A DNA stretch of 64,000 nt. Origin: Omnitrophica WOR_2 bacterium GWF2_43_52. GTDB lineage: Bacteria; Omnitrophota; Gorgyraeia; Gygaellales; UBA12090. A program made the position numbers and the translations under genes. Within the stretch, counting starts at the first letter, position 1; every line of letters begins with the position of its first letter. The DNA is taken from positions 25,279-89,278 of the forward strand of contig MHGF01000035.1 in the NCBI GenBank assembly GCA_001805445.1. Reading direction: 5' to 3'. The notes beneath the pieces were generated by a model. The model had not been told where the DNA came from, made no database searches, and saw only the letters and a list, made by a program, of their open reading frames with translations. Shown piece after piece: positions 20,984 through 31,436 of this stretch.

Positions 20984-22186
20984 ATGGCTAAAGAAAAGTT
21001 TGTAAGGTCAAAACCGCACGTTAATATCGGTACCATTGGGCATGTTGATCATGGTAAGACCACTTTAACTTCTGCAATCACCCTTGTTTTAAGTAAAAAA
21101 GGTTTTGCAGAGGCACGAGCATATGATTCAATCGATAACGCGCCTGAAGAAAGAGAAAGAGGCGTCACCATTAATATATCGCATGTTGAGTATCAGACCG
21201 AAAACCGCCATTACGCGCACATAGACTGTCCGGGACACGCCGACTACATCAAGAATATGATTACCGGAGCAGCGCAGATGGATGGGGGTATCTTGGTTGT
21301 TTCTGCTGCTGACGGCCCGATGCCTCAGACCAGAGAACATATCTTGCTTGCCCGCCAGGTGAATGTCCCAGCGTTAGTAGTGTTTTTAAATAAGGTAGAT
21401 ATGGTAGAGGATAAAGAGTTGATTGATTTGGTTGAGATGGAAGTAAGGGACCTTTTGACTAAATATAACTTTCCAGGAGATAAAACCCCGATTATCAAAG
21501 GTTCAGGCTTAAACGCGATGAACTGCAGCTGCGCTAAGGACACCTGCCCGAATTGTAAGCCTATCCTTGATTTAATGAAGGCTGTGGATGAGTTTATACC
21601 ACTGCCAAAGAGGGATTTAGATAAACCATTCCTCATGGCAGTAGAAGACGTGTTTTCAATTGAAGGCCGTGGTACCGTTGCTACAGGGAGAATCGAACGC
21701 GGTAAAGTGAAGTTAAACGAAAACGTTGATCTTGTGGGATTAAGGCCTGAGGTTGGAAAAACAGTCGTTACCGGTATCGAAATGTTCCGAAAACTTCTTG
21801 ATGAAGGGTTAGCCGGTGATAATGTCGGCTTACTTCTCCGCGGTGTTGATAAAAGCACCGTAGAAAGAGGTATGGTCTTGGCTGCGCCGGGTTCAATTAC
21901 CCCGCATACCAAATTCAAGGCCCAGGTGTATATTTTAGCTAAGGAAGAAGGCGGCAGGCACACACCTTTCTTCAATGGCTATAGGCCTCAGTTTTACTTC
22001 CGTACCACCGACGTTACTGGAAACTGTAAACTTGCTCAGGGCGTAGAAATGGTAATGCCCGGAGATAATGTGCAGCTTGACGTAGAGCTTATCATCCCTA
22101 TTGCCATGGAAAAGGAATCCCGTTTTGCAATCCGCGAGGGAGGCCATACCGTGGGAGCCGGGGTTGTTTCGGAGATCAGTACTTAA
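20984..22186 (+). CDS. tuf: Elongation factor Tu
   Basis: [23 protein letters not shown]. Confidence 0.99.
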   Translation: MAKEKFVRSKPHVNIGTIGHVDHGKTTLTSAITLVLSKKGFAEARAYDSIDNAPEERERGVTINISHVEYQTENRHYAHIDCPGHADYIKNMITGAAQMDGGILVVSAADGPMPQTREHILLARQVNVPALVVFLNKVDMVEDKELIDLVEMEVRDLLTKYNFPGDKTPIIKGSGLNAMNCSCAKDTCPNCKPILDLMKAVDEFIPLPKRDLDKPFLMAVEDVFSIEGRGTVATGRIERGKVKLNENVDLVGLRPEVGKTVVTGIEMFRKLLDEGLAGDNVGLLLRGVDKSTVERGMVLAAPGSITPHTKFKAQVYILAKEEGGRHTPFFNGYRPQFYFRTTDVTGNCKLAQGVEMVMPGDNVQLDVELIIPIAMEKESRFAIREGGHTVGAGVVSEIST

Positions 22187-22238
22187 CTAAAGCATCGTAC
22201 TTATGGCTTGTAATGAATAAGTAGCGTGCTTATCGAAA

Positions 22239-22538
22239 ATGCAGAAAATACGGATAAAACTAAAAGCATATGACCATCGCCTGTTAGACCAGGCAGTTAC
22301 GGAAATCGTTGATACCGGTAAAAGGACAGGGGCAAAGGTTTCAGGGCCTATTCCTTTACCGGTAAAACGAGAGATTTATACGGTTAACCGTTCTCCGGTC
22401 ATTGATAAAAAATCACGTGAGCAGTTTTATTTAATTACCCATAAACGCCTCTTGGAGTTGAATGAGCCTACGGCAAAAACGATTGACGCTTTGCGTAAAC
22501 TCAATCTCCCCGCGGGTGTCGATGTGGAAATTAAATAA
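22239..22538 (+). CDS. rpsJ: 30S ribosomal protein S10
   Basis: [23 protein letters not shown]. Confidence 0.97.
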   Translation: MQKIRIKLKAYDHRLLDQAVTEIVDTGKRTGAKVSGPIPLPVKREIYTVNRSPVIDKKSREQFYLITHKRLLELNEPTAKTIDALRKLNLPAGVDVEIK

Positions 22539-22643
22539 GGCGCTCATCTACCGACAAGAAGTAACGCTTCAGGACGTGTAGCCTAACTCCTTAACAGGGG
22601 TTAAGGGGAACGTTTAAAGCGCAGCAAAAGCGGTTAAAATACT

Positions 22644-23342
22644 ATGGCACAGTGTATCCTAGGTAAAAAATTAGGGATGACCCAGGTTTATGATGAATCT
22701 GGAAGGCTTACACCGGTAACGGTTATTGAAGCGGGCCCTTGCCCTATCGTAGGCATAAAAGATAAGAATATCCAGATAGCTTTTGACCAGGCAAAAGAGA
22801 AATCTTTGAGTAAACCGGTATTAGGAATATATAAAAATGCCGGTGTTAGTCCGCGAAGGATTATGAAAGAAGTTCCTAAGATTAAGGATCAGGAGTATGC
22901 CCTTGCCCAGGAACTCAAAGTAGACATATTTAATGCCGGAGATAAGATTGATGTCATCGGTGTTTCTATTGGTAAGGGTTTTCAGGGCGGTATGAAGCGT
23001 TGGCATTGGGACGGCGGCCCTAAGACCCATGGTTCAACAAGCCACCGCCGTGTCGGTTCTATAGGCTCAAGTACTACTCCGGGCCGGGTTTGGAAAGGCC
23101 ATCACATGCCTGGGCATATGGGAAATATCCGGGTTACCGTGAGCGGGTTAAAGGTAATTAAGGTGGATTCTGAGAATAATCTTTTAGCGGTAAAAGGAGC
23201 TGTTCCCGGCTATAGCAATAATTACGTCATGATTCGTAAGACCACAAAGCAGAAACGCCAGGTTATAAAGCCGATTATCGCGGAACAGAAAGCAGAGTCG
23301 CTTAAGAAAGACGCGAAGAAACAGGCAGCGGCGAAAAAATAA
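22644..23342 (+). CDS. rplC: 50S ribosomal protein L3
   Basis: GKKLGMTQ, GKGFQG, MPGHMG. Confidence 0.97.
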   Translation: MAQCILGKKLGMTQVYDESGRLTPVTVIEAGPCPIVGIKDKNIQIAFDQAKEKSLSKPVLGIYKNAGVSPRRIMKEVPKIKDQEYALAQELKVDIFNAGDKIDVIGVSIGKGFQGGMKRWHWDGGPKTHGSTSHRRVGSIGSSTTPGRVWKGHHMPGHMGNIRVTVSGLKVIKVDSENNLLAVKGAVPGYSNNYVMIRKTTKQKRQVIKPIIAEQKAESLKKDAKKQAAAKK

Positions 23343-23343
23343 A

Positions 23344-24042
23344 ATGGAAAAGACAAACGCGAAAGCCAGAACAGCAATTCCTAGAAATAGTAAAAAGAAC
23401 GTACAAGCGCCCGCGGGCACGCTTACAGTCTATAGTATGGCAGGCCATAAAAAGGAAGATATCCCGTCACTTTTTAACGGCAGCCCAAAAAAAGCCGTTG
23501 TGGCGCAGGCAGTCACGATGTATCTTGCCAATAGGCGTTGTGGCCTTGCGGCAACGAAAACACGAGGCGAGGTTTCCGGCGGAGGAAAAAAACCCTGGAA
23601 ACAGAAGGGCACAGGCAGGGCGCGAGTGGGTTCAAGCCGCAATCCTCTATGGAGGCACGGTGGAGTAGTTTTTGGCCCGCATCCAAGGAATTTTCATTAC
23701 GCGTTGCCTTCAAAAATCAGGAACGCGGCGCTTTTATCAGCGCTTCATGAGAAAAGCGCCGGCGGGGATATTATGGTAGTAGATTCACTTACCATCGCTC
23801 ATCCTAAAAGCAAGGAAATACAGGCGCTGCTTGATAATCTCAAGATACAGGAATCGGTAGTTATTGTTATGGACGCGCAGGACAATAATATACAGCTTGC
23901 GTCGAGAAATTTGCCCTGGGTGAAAATAGCTTTCGCGAAACAGATAAATGCCATGGATATTTTAGGGGCAAAAAAACTAGTGATCGCCCGCGACGCGCTA
24001 ACGGCTCTGGAAACCCGGTTAGCAGGATTAGTTAAAAAATAA
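23344..24042 (+). CDS. rplD: 50S ribosomal protein L4
   Basis: KPWKQKGTGRAR. Confidence 0.97.
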   Translation: MEKTNAKARTAIPRNSKKNVQAPAGTLTVYSMAGHKKEDIPSLFNGSPKKAVVAQAVTMYLANRRCGLAATKTRGEVSGGGKKPWKQKGTGRARVGSSRNPLWRHGGVVFGPHPRNFHYALPSKIRNAALLSALHEKSAGGDIMVVDSLTIAHPKSKEIQALLDNLKIQESVVIVMDAQDNNIQLASRNLPWVKIAFAKQINAMDILGAKKLVIARDALTALETRLAGLVKK

Positions 24043-24050
24043 TAAAAAAA

Positions 24051-24338
24051 ATGATGACAAATAAAAATCCTTATGATATAATTAAAACTTTGCTGCGTAC
24101 AGAGAAATCGGTAGCGATGGATCCTTTAAGGAAGTATCTTTTTTTCGTCGATAAAGGCGCGAATAAGATTCAAATAAAAAAAGCAGTTGAAGAAATTTAT
24201 AAAGTTAAAGTTTCCGCGGTGAATACAAAAATTTCTTGCGGCAAGTTACGCAGGGTGCGCCATGAGCCAGGATATACTGTGAGCAGGAAGAAGGCGCTGG
24301 TAACCCTAAAAGTTGGAAGTAAAATAGATACAACATAA
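24051..24338 (+). CDS. rplW: 50S ribosomal protein L23
   Basis: TEKS, ANKIQIKKAVE, KKALVTL. Confidence 0.95.
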   Translation: MMTNKNPYDIIKTLLRTEKSVAMDPLRKYLFFVDKGANKIQIKKAVEEIYKVKVSAVNTKISCGKLRRVRHEPGYTVSRKKALVTLKVGSKIDTT

Positions 24339-24388
24339 GTACTGGAGTAAGTAGGAGCGTTTAGAGCTTACTCTGTACCGTAAAAACT

Positions 24389-25222
24389 ATGGGAATAAAG
24401 AAACATAAACCGACAACACCCTCGTTACGCTGGACGCAGACAGCAGATTTCGCGGAGTTAACTACCGATACCCCGTATAAGCCGCTTTTGCGGCCGATGA
24501 AGAGAACCGGCGGGAGAAATGCTTATGGAAGGATCACCGTTCGCCATCAAGGGGGCGGCCATAAGCGGCTTTATCGTCTGATTGATTTTAAACGAGACAG
24601 GCTTGATGAATGGGCAAAGGTCTTGACTGTGGAATATGACCCTAATCGTTCCAGCAGAATCATGTTGGTCGAGTATCCGGATAGCCAAAAACGCTACTGT
24701 ATCGCCCCTTTAGAAATTAAGGTTGGTGATCTCATCATTAGTTCATGTAAGGCAGAGATAGAAATTAAGCCGGGGAATTGCCTTTCATTGCGGCATATCC
24801 CTGTAGGTGTTTCTATTCATAACATAGAGCTTGCTAAGGGTAAGGGAGCGCAGGTTGTAAGAAGCGCGGGCTCATCAGCCAGCATTACCGCTAAGGAAGG
24901 CACTATGGCTCACGTCAGATTGCCTTCTGGTGAGGTGCGGCTGGTGCATTTGGACTGTAGGGCAACGATAGGGCAGGTGTCTAATATAGAACATGAGACA
25001 CTTACTATTGGTAAAGCCGGCAGAAAACGCTGGTTAGGTATTCGTCCTACGGTGCGGGGCCTCGCAATGAATCCTGTTGACCATCCTCACGGTGGCGGTG
25101 AAGGTAAGTCAGGGCAGGGTAATCCGCATCCGGTTACCCCATGGGGAAAGCCCACCAAAGGATATAAAACCCGTAAACCAAACAAGTATTCCGATAAATT
25201 TATCGTAAAGAAGAGAAGGTAA
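24389..25222 (+). CDS. rplB: 50S ribosomal protein L2
   Basis: [25 protein letters not shown]. Confidence 0.98.
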   Translation: MGIKKHKPTTPSLRWTQTADFAELTTDTPYKPLLRPMKRTGGRNAYGRITVRHQGGGHKRLYRLIDFKRDRLDEWAKVLTVEYDPNRSSRIMLVEYPDSQKRYCIAPLEIKVGDLIISSCKAEIEIKPGNCLSLRHIPVGVSIHNIELAKGKGAQVVRSAGSSASITAKEGTMAHVRLPSGEVRLVHLDCRATIGQVSNIEHETLTIGKAGRKRWLGIRPTVRGLAMNPVDHPHGGGEGKSGQGNPHPVTPWGKPTKGYKTRKPNKYSDKFIVKKRR

Positions 25223-25237
25223 GAGAGGATACGTTCC

Positions 25238-25525
25238 ATGCCGCGTTCGCTAAAGAAGGGGCCGTTTATTGAAGAGAGTTTGCTTAAGAAAGTAATTAAG
25301 GCAAAAGGTTCTGGCAGCCGTTTACCTATCAAGACATGGTCAAGGCGTTCTACGATAAGCCCAGATTTTGTGGGGTTGACTCTCGCGGTATACGATGGAC
25401 GAAAGCATATCCCGGTATTCATTGTGGAAAATATGGTGGGGCATAAGTTAGGTGAATTTGCTTCTTCAAGAATATTTAGAAAACATGGCGGCATAAAGGC
25501 CAAGAAGGCCGCGGAAAAGACATAA
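25238..25525 (+). CDS. rpsS: 30S ribosomal protein S19
   Basis: [17 protein letters not shown]. Confidence 0.98.
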   Translation: MPRSLKKGPFIEESLLKKVIKAKGSGSRLPIKTWSRRSTISPDFVGLTLAVYDGRKHIPVFIVENMVGHKLGEFASSRIFRKHGGIKAKKAAEKT

Positions 25526-25526
25526 T

Positions 25527-25862
25527 ATGTTAGTAAAAGCAAGCGCGAAATTTATAAGAATATCCCCTTCGAGATTGCGCGAAGTAATGAATACCATTAG
25601 GGGAAAAGAGGTTATCGCGGCAGAAGGTATTTTGTTGAATATTGGCAAACGCGCGAAAGGCTATATCGATAAGGTATTAAAGTCCGCGATTGCCAATGCT
25701 AAAGTAAAAGGCTTTAGCCCTTCGCAGTTATACATCTCAAAGATAACTGCCGACGTAGGGCCGATATGGAAAAGGTTTAAAGCCGCGGCGTTTGGGCGGG
25801 CGTCAAAAATACAGAAGCGGACCAGCCATATTACAATAGAGCTGGATATTAAGAATAGATAA
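25527..25862 (+). CDS. rplV: 50S ribosomal protein L22
   Basis: RISP, LKSAIANA, KRTSHITI. Confidence 0.95.
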   Translation: MLVKASAKFIRISPSRLREVMNTIRGKEVIAAEGILLNIGKRAKGYIDKVLKSAIANAKVKGFSPSQLYISKITADVGPIWKRFKAAAFGRASKIQKRTSHITIELDIKNR

Positions 25863-25874
25863 GAGAGATGAAGA

Positions 25875-25966
25875 AAGAGAACGAAAAACAGGCTACAGAA
25901 AAAGATAAAATTAGTTTTCTTTGCTGTTCTCTGTTCTCTGTAATCTCCCGAACGAAGTGAGGGGAA
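25875..25966. repeat. Heptamer-repeat hairpin with CGAACGAAGTGAGG tail, rplV-rpsC spacer
   Basis: (GAACAGA-like)n opposite (TCTGTTC)n, then CCCGAACGAAGTGAGGGGAA-ATG. Confidence 0.65.
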
Positions 25967-26632
25967 ATGGGGCATAAAGTAAGTCCGTTATTATTACGAT
26001 TAGGCTATATTCAGGATTGGCGCAGTAAATGGTTTGCTAAAAAGTCAGACTATGCCAAATTTGTCCATATGGATATCCAGATTCGCAAGTTTATTAAAGA
26101 TAACTATAAACAGGCAGCGATTGCCAAGATAATTATAGAACGCCTCACGGATAAGATGAAGATAAAAATTCATTGTGCCCGTCCGGGACTTATTATTGGC
26201 AGGCATGGCCAGGATATAGAAAGGCTGCGAGGAGAGTTGGCGGCTATCGCGAAACAGGAACTTTCAATAGAGCCTATTGAGGTCAAGCAGCCTGCTGCTG
26301 ACGCTCAGCTCATTGCCCAAAATGTTGCCGTACAACTTGAAAAGCGTATTGCCTTTCGCCGGGCGATTAAGCGCTCGATTGAACAGGCTACTGCCTCAGG
26401 AGTCAAGGGAATAAAGATTTCTGTTGCCGGAAGGCTTGGAGGCGCTGAGATGTCACGCCGGGAAACCTACAAACAGGGTAAGCTTCCCTTAAGTACGCTG
26501 AGGGCGGATATTGATTATGGTTTTGCTGAAGCGCTTACTACCTATGGGCTTATCGGTGTAAAGGCATGGACATATAAAGGTGAGATATTGCTGAAATCAA
26601 AACAGCAGCCCGCTATAGTGGGGGAGAGGTAG
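25967..26632 (+). CDS. rpsC: 30S ribosomal protein S3
   Basis: MGHKV, RPGLIIG, GRLGGAEMSR, TLRADIDY. Confidence 0.98.
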   Translation: MGHKVSPLLLRLGYIQDWRSKWFAKKSDYAKFVHMDIQIRKFIKDNYKQAAIAKIIIERLTDKMKIKIHCARPGLIIGRHGQDIERLRGELAAIAKQELSIEPIEVKQPAADAQLIAQNVAVQLEKRIAFRRAIKRSIEQATASGVKGIKISVAGRLGGAEMSRRETYKQGKLPLSTLRADIDYGFAEALTTYGLIGVKAWTYKGEILLKSKQQPAIVGER

Positions 26633-26638
26633 AGAACC

Positions 26639-27052
26639 ATGGCATTAATGCCAAAGAGGGTAAAATACCGTAAGACCCAAAAAGCTTCCATGAGAGGAGT
26701 GGCTACTCGGGGCAGTGATATTGAATTTGGTGAATTTGGGATAAAGGCCTTGGGTAACGGAAAGTTAAGGAATACGCAGATTGAAGCGATTCGCGTAGTC
26801 CTCGCGCGGCGTTTGCACGGCGGCGGAAAGATGTGGATGCGGATATTTCCTCATAAATCAATCACGAGGAAACCCGCGGAAACCCGTATGGGTAAAGGCA
26901 AGGGTGATTTAGACCACTGGGTCGCGATAGTTAAAAGAGGGAAGATACTCGTTGAACTGGGAGGGGTACATGAATCTTTGGCCCAGGAAGCGTTTCGCAT
27001 GTGCGCCTATAAACTGCCTATTCCGGTGAAATTTGTTAAGAGAGCGCATTAA
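26639..27052 (+). CDS. rplP: 50S ribosomal protein L16
   Basis: [15 protein letters not shown]. Confidence 0.97.
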   Translation: MALMPKRVKYRKTQKASMRGVATRGSDIEFGEFGIKALGNGKLRNTQIEAIRVVLARRLHGGGKMWMRIFPHKSITRKPAETRMGKGKGDLDHWVAIVKRGKILVELGGVHESLAQEAFRMCAYKLPIPVKFVKRAH

Positions 27053-27064
27053 AGTAATGCTAAA

Positions 27065-27277
27065 GTGGAAAACAGAATGAAATTTAAGGATATAGTTAAT
27101 TTAAGCGCGCAGGAATTATTAGAAAAAGAAAAAACCCTCAAGGAGCAGTTGAGTAAGTTTACCTATCAACGCTATAGCGGCCGGGTTGAAAAGCCTCATA
27201 ATTTTAGAATGCTTAGAATAGCAATCGCAAGAGTGAAGACGGCATTATGCCAGCTGACGCTCGCAAAGAAGAAGTAG
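27065..27277 (+). CDS. rpmC: 50S ribosomal protein L29
   Basis: EKPH...IARVKT; synteny; start may be ATG 27077. Confidence 0.9.
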   Translation: MENRMKFKDIVNLSAQELLEKEKTLKEQLSKFTYQRYSGRVEKPHNFRMLRIAIARVKTALCQLTLAKKK

Positions 27278-27304
27278 CTTTAGAATGTATAAGGAACGGG
27301 ACTG

Positions 27305-27565
27305 ATGATAGAGACGATAGTAAAAAGAAAGATAAAAACAGGGGTTGTCGTGAGCGATAAAATGAATAAGACCGTTGTGGTAAAGGTCGAGAGGCTCGCG
27401 AAGCATCCCGGATATAAGAAGACAATCCGCAGGTTCAAGAAGTTTAAGGCCCATGACGAAAATAACAGCGCGAAAACAGGCGATCGCGTCAGTATTGTAG
27501 AAACGCGCCCACTTTCTAAAGAGAAGCGGTGGCGTGTGCTTGAGATACTTAATCAAAAGGCTTAG
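27305..27565 (+). CDS. rpsQ: 30S ribosomal protein S17
   Basis: [22 protein letters not shown]. Confidence 0.97.
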   Translation: MIETIVKRKIKTGVVVSDKMNKTVVVKVERLAKHPGYKKTIRRFKKFKAHDENNSAKTGDRVSIVETRPLSKEKRWRVLEILNQKA

Positions 27566-27574
27566 AAAAAAACC

Positions 27575-27943
27575 ATGCTTCTACTAAAAAGTATATTAGA
27601 TATCGCCGACAATACCGGAGCGAAAAAGGCTTCTTTTATAGGGGTCTTGGGGAAAAAGAACTGCAGTTTCGCGAATGTGGCGGAGATTATTACCGTCAAT
27701 ATAAAAGAATCGGTTCCCAACGCGGCGGTTAAGAAAGGCGAAAAGGCAAAGGCAGTTATTGTAAGGACTAAAAAGGCGATTAGGCGCCCTGATGGTTCAT
27801 ATTTACGGTTTGACCGAAACGCGGCAGTTATTATTGATTTACAGGGCAATCCCAGGGGAACTCGCGTCTTTGGCCCCGTGGCAAGAGAATTGAGAGATAA
27901 GAATTTTATGAAAATTATCTCATTAGCTCCGGAAGTCATATAA
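27575..27943 (+). CDS. rplN: 50S ribosomal protein L14
   Basis: ADNTGAK, GTRVFGPVAREL, KIISLAPEV. Confidence 0.97.
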   Translation: MLLLKSILDIADNTGAKKASFIGVLGKKNCSFANVAEIITVNIKESVPNAAVKKGEKAKAVIVRTKKAIRRPDGSYLRFDRNAAVIIDLQGNPRGTRVFGPVARELRDKNFMKIISLAPEVI

Positions 27944-27973
27944 TTTATTAATAGCAAATAACCTTATCCTATT

Positions 27974-28285
27974 ATGTTACGAATAAAGAAAAACGATATC
28001 GTTATGGTTACTTCAGGAAAAGACAAAGGCAAAACCGGGAAGGTATTGCATGTGTTTTGCCAGGAGTCTAGGGTCTTGGTTGAAGGAATTAATAAAGCTA
28101 AAAAGCATATGCGCCGCACCCAGGAAAATCAGCAGGGCGGGATTGTTGAAGTGGAAAGGCCGTTGTCTCTTTCCAATGTTATGTACTACTGCAAAAATTG
28201 CAACCGTCCCGTGAGGCTTGGTTTTAGTATTGCTAAGGATGCCGCGAAGGTGCGCGTTTGTAAAAGGTGTAAACAAACATTATGA
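27974..28285 (+). CDS. rplX: 50S ribosomal protein L24
   Basis: GKDKGKTG, VEGIN. Confidence 0.96.
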   Translation: MLRIKKNDIVMVTSGKDKGKTGKVLHVFCQESRVLVEGINKAKKHMRRTQENQQGGIVEVERPLSLSNVMYYCKNCNRPVRLGFSIAKDAAKVRVCKRCKQTL

Positions 28286-28827
28286 GCCCTCGTCTATTAG
28301 AGAAATACCGAAAAGAGATCGTCCCTTTGTTGCAGGAGCAGCTTGGTTATCGTAGCTCTATGCAGGTTCCGCGCCTGGAGAAGATAGTCATCAATATGGG
28401 TGTCGGAGAGGCAATAGCGGACACTAAGATAGTAGATAAAGCAGCGGATGAACTGGCAACGATTACCGGGCAAAGGCCGATCATCCGCAGGGCCAAGCAG
28501 GCAATAGCAAATTTTAAGATACGCGAGGGCCTTCCTATTGGATGTAAAGTTACCTTAAGGCAGAAAATGATGTACGAATTCTTAGACCGCCTTGTTAATG
28601 TCGCGCTTCCAAGAATTAGGGATTTTCGCGGTGTACCTAATGATTCCTTTGATGAACAGGGGAATTATACCCTCGGCTTAAAAGAACAGGCGGTATTTCC
28701 GGAAATTGATATTGATAGGATTCAGCGGGTGCAGGGCATGGATATCACTTTAGTTATCAATGCCCGAAGCAAAGAAGACGCGTACGCGTTATTGAAATGT
28801 TTTGGAATGCCTTTTCAAACTAAGTGA
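28282..28827 (+). CDS. rplE: 50S ribosomal protein L5
   Basis: KIVINMGVG, LPRIRDFRG. Confidence 0.98.
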   Translation: MSPRLLEKYRKEIVPLLQEQLGYRSSMQVPRLEKIVINMGVGEAIADTKIVDKAADELATITGQRPIIRRAKQAIANFKIREGLPIGCKVTLRQKMMYEFLDRLVNVALPRIRDFRGVPNDSFDEQGNYTLGLKEQAVFPEIDIDRIQRVQGMDITLVINARSKEDAYALLKCFGMPFQTK

Positions 28828-28833
28828 GGATAC

Positions 28834-29019
28834 ATGGCTAAAGAGTCACAAATAGCACGCTGGAAGAGAACTCCGAAATTTTCAAGCCGTAAGTATAACC
28901 GTTGCTCACACTGCGGCCGTTCCGGAGGTTATCTGCAAAGATTTAAGCTCTGCCGTATATGTTTCAGGGAATTGGCATGGCAGGGGTTGTTGCCAGGGGT
29001 TAAGAAGGCAAGTTGGTAA
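28834..29019 (+). CDS. rpsN: 30S ribosomal protein S14 (type Z, Zn-binding)
   Basis: 61 aa, RCSHCGR...[16 protein letters not shown]. Confidence 0.96.
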   Translation: MAKESQIARWKRTPKFSSRKYNRCSHCGRSGGYLQRFKLCRICFRELAWQGLLPGVKKASW

Positions 29020-29061
29020 TGTATAAGCTGTCAGCTGTAAAATGAGCATGAAAAGGGGACT

Positions 29062-29460
29062 ATGGCACGAACAGATTTAGTCGCAGACGTACTAACAATG
29101 ATTCGCAATGCCGTGATGGCAAAAAAAACATCAGTTGTTGTTCCGTTATCTAAAATGGTCGTCGCGGTACTCGAAATTTTAAAATCGGAAGAATATATTG
29201 AAAATTTTAAAGAGCAGGCGGCATTGGGTGCTCAAAAAACAATCAAGATATATTTGAAGTATACCGGGGGCGAGCCAACGATACAAGGGATACGAAGGAT
29301 TTCCCGCCCGGGCTTGAGGGTATACGCGGGATATACAAAGATGCCGCGGGTGCTCAGGGGCTTTGGCAGGGCAATCGTATCAACTTCAAGCGGCCTCATG
29401 ACCGATAGACAGGCAAGGGAAAAGAAATTAGGCGGAGAAATACTCTGTTATGTTTGGTAG
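29062..29460 (+). CDS. rpsH: 30S ribosomal protein S8
   Basis: ISRPGLRVY, STSSG, GGEILCYVW. Confidence 0.97.
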   Translation: MARTDLVADVLTMIRNAVMAKKTSVVVPLSKMVVAVLEILKSEEYIENFKEQAALGAQKTIKIYLKYTGGEPTIQGIRRISRPGLRVYAGYTKMPRVLRGFGRAIVSTSSGLMTDRQAREKKLGGEILCYVW

Positions 29461-29562
29461 TGAGAATGTAGTACAGTCTGATATAAATTCATGTCACTCA
29501 GCACTCGTTTCTTATAACAGGAAATGCGATCTACGGATACATAACTACGCAAGCAGGTAAAT

Positions 29563-30102
29563 ATGTCACGAATAGGGAAGAAACCCATAGCAATAGCCGC
29601 AGGAGTCAAGGTTACCATTGTAAAGGGTGAGGTCTCGGTTGAGGGCCAGAAGGGGAAACTCAAATTCGCATTACCGCATAGGATTACCTGTGAGGCAAAA
29701 GATAATCAGGTTGTGGTAACCTCGCCTTTAAAAAGCAAATTAGATAAATCCTTGCACGGCTTAACCCGCAGTTTAATTGCCAATATGATCAAGGGTGTTT
29801 CAGAAGGTTATGCCAAGGAACTTGAGATACAAGGGGTAGGTTTTAGGGCAAGTATTTCAGGGAGCGCGTTAATCATGATTTTGGGATTTTCACATCCGGT
29901 TAATTTTCCGATACCGGCTGATATTAAAGTTGAAACCCCAAAACCGACTAACATTGTAGTGCGGGGCATTGATAAACAGAGAGTAGGAGAAGTTGCCGCT
30001 CAAATCCGCAGGTATTATCCTCCAGAGCCGTATAAAGGCAAGGGGATACGCTACGCGGGTGAAGTCGTCCGCAAAAAAGTCGGAAAGGCAGCAACGAAAT
30101 AA
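29563..30102 (+). CDS. rplF: 50S ribosomal protein L6
   Basis: MSRIGK, PEPYKGKGIRY. Confidence 0.98.
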   Translation: MSRIGKKPIAIAAGVKVTIVKGEVSVEGQKGKLKFALPHRITCEAKDNQVVVTSPLKSKLDKSLHGLTRSLIANMIKGVSEGYAKELEIQGVGFRASISGSALIMILGFSHPVNFPIPADIKVETPKPTNIVVRGIDKQRVGEVAAQIRRYYPPEPYKGKGIRYAGEVVRKKVGKAATK

Positions 30103-30170
30103 ACTATTGCACCGTTAAACTAATTCTTACAGATTAAAGGTGCAGTCAAAAATTAAATTAACGGAGCATT

Positions 30171-30533
30171 ATGGCTACGGTAAAGACAACTAGAAGAATA
30201 GCCCGTCATCAAAGGATACGGGATAAAGTCAGGGGTACCTCAGAGCGTCCGCGATTAGCGGTTTTTCGCAGTCTAAAAAACATCCATGCCCAGTTAGTTG
30301 ATGATACTCAGGAAAAAACACTTCTGGCGTTATCAACGACAGCAAAAGAAATAAAAGAAAAAATAAAATACGCGGGGAACACTAAGGCCGCGGTTTTGTT
30401 AGGCGACGTATTTGCTAAGAAAGCGCTGGCGCAAGGAATAAAATCTATTATTTTTGATCGCGGCGGCTATGCCTATCACGGCAGGGTAAAAGCGCTTGCT
30501 GAAGCTTTGCGTAAAGGAGGCTTAGTTTTCTAA
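30171..30533 (+). CDS. rplR: 50S ribosomal protein L18
   Basis: [21 protein letters not shown]. Confidence 0.97.
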   Translation: MATVKTTRRIARHQRIRDKVRGTSERPRLAVFRSLKNIHAQLVDDTQEKTLLALSTTAKEIKEKIKYAGNTKAAVLLGDVFAKKALAQGIKSIIFDRGGYAYHGRVKALAEALRKGGLVF

Positions 30534-30535
30534 TC

Positions 30536-31003
30536 ATGGAGCAGAAAAGAAGAGAAGGACAGGAGCTTATAGAAAGAGTTATCAGTATTAACCGGGTAAC
30601 CAAAGTTACCAAGGGCGGTAAGAAAATGGCGTTTAGCGCTTTGATTGTATTAGGAGATACCAAAGGTAAGGTTGGCTACGCGTTGGGTAAGGCCTCGGAA
30701 GTAGCCGAGGCCATACGCAAGGGCCTCTATGCGGCAAAGAAAAATTGTATCAGGGTAAATCTTTCAGGCACGACTATTCCTCATGAGGTAATCGGCCATT
30801 ACGGAGCGGCAAAAGTATTGCTGAAGCCGGCGGCGGAAGGAACCGGAGTTATTGCCGCGGGTTCAGTGAGGGCTGTGTGTGAGGCCGCAGGAATAAAGGA
30901 TATCTTAACCAAATGTTTGAATTCTAACAATCCCATCAATGTAGTCAAGGCTACTATTGAAGGGTTACAGCAGTTGAAAGGAAGTACCCCGCGTGCCTCT
31001 TAA
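30536..31003 (+). CDS. rpsE: 30S ribosomal protein S5
   Basis: [17 protein letters not shown]. Confidence 0.97.
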   Translation: MEQKRREGQELIERVISINRVTKVTKGGKKMAFSALIVLGDTKGKVGYALGKASEVAEAIRKGLYAAKKNCIRVNLSGTTIPHEVIGHYGAAKVLLKPAAEGTGVIAAGSVRAVCEAAGIKDILTKCLNSNNPINVVKATIEGLQQLKGSTPRAS

Positions 31004-31433
31004 TACGTTAGTTTCGGTAAAAGGCAGTTCCACAAGAAAAAAACTTTTAGGCCGCGGCCCGGGTTCCGGCCATGGAAAAACTTCTACTCGTGGCCATAAA
31101 GGCCAGCGTGCCAGAAGCGGGAGGGATTTCTATTTAGGATTTGAAGGAGGGCAATCTCCTTTAATTCGCAGAATTCCTAAGAGAGGATTTCATCATCAAA
31201 ATAAAGAATGTCAATTGGTCAATCTTAGCGCGCTAGAAGGCATTACCAAGATTTCCGTGATAGACCCTAAGGTTTTAGAAGAAAAAGGCCTTATCAAAAA
31301 CAGCCATGGCTTAGTGAAGATTTTAGGCGAAGGCCAGTTGAAAGCAGCTCTTACCATAAAAGCCAATAGGTTTTCTAAAAGCGCGATTGTAAAAATACAG
31401 AAAGCCGGCGGCACGGCAGAACGTATCCCATAA
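30993..31433 (+). CDS. rplO: 50S ribosomal protein L15
   Basis: [22 protein letters not shown]. Confidence 0.96.
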   Translation: MPLNTLVSVKGSSTRKKLLGRGPGSGHGKTSTRGHKGQRARSGRDFYLGFEGGQSPLIRRIPKRGFHHQNKECQLVNLSALEGITKISVIDPKVLEEKGLIKNSHGLVKILGEGQLKAALTIKANRFSKSAIVKIQKAGGTAERIP

Positions 31434-31436
31434 TTT

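Noticed and set aside
29020-29510. Degenerate heptamer traces after rpsN and rpsH
   Set aside because: Only two or three imperfect units; cannot be distinguished from chance
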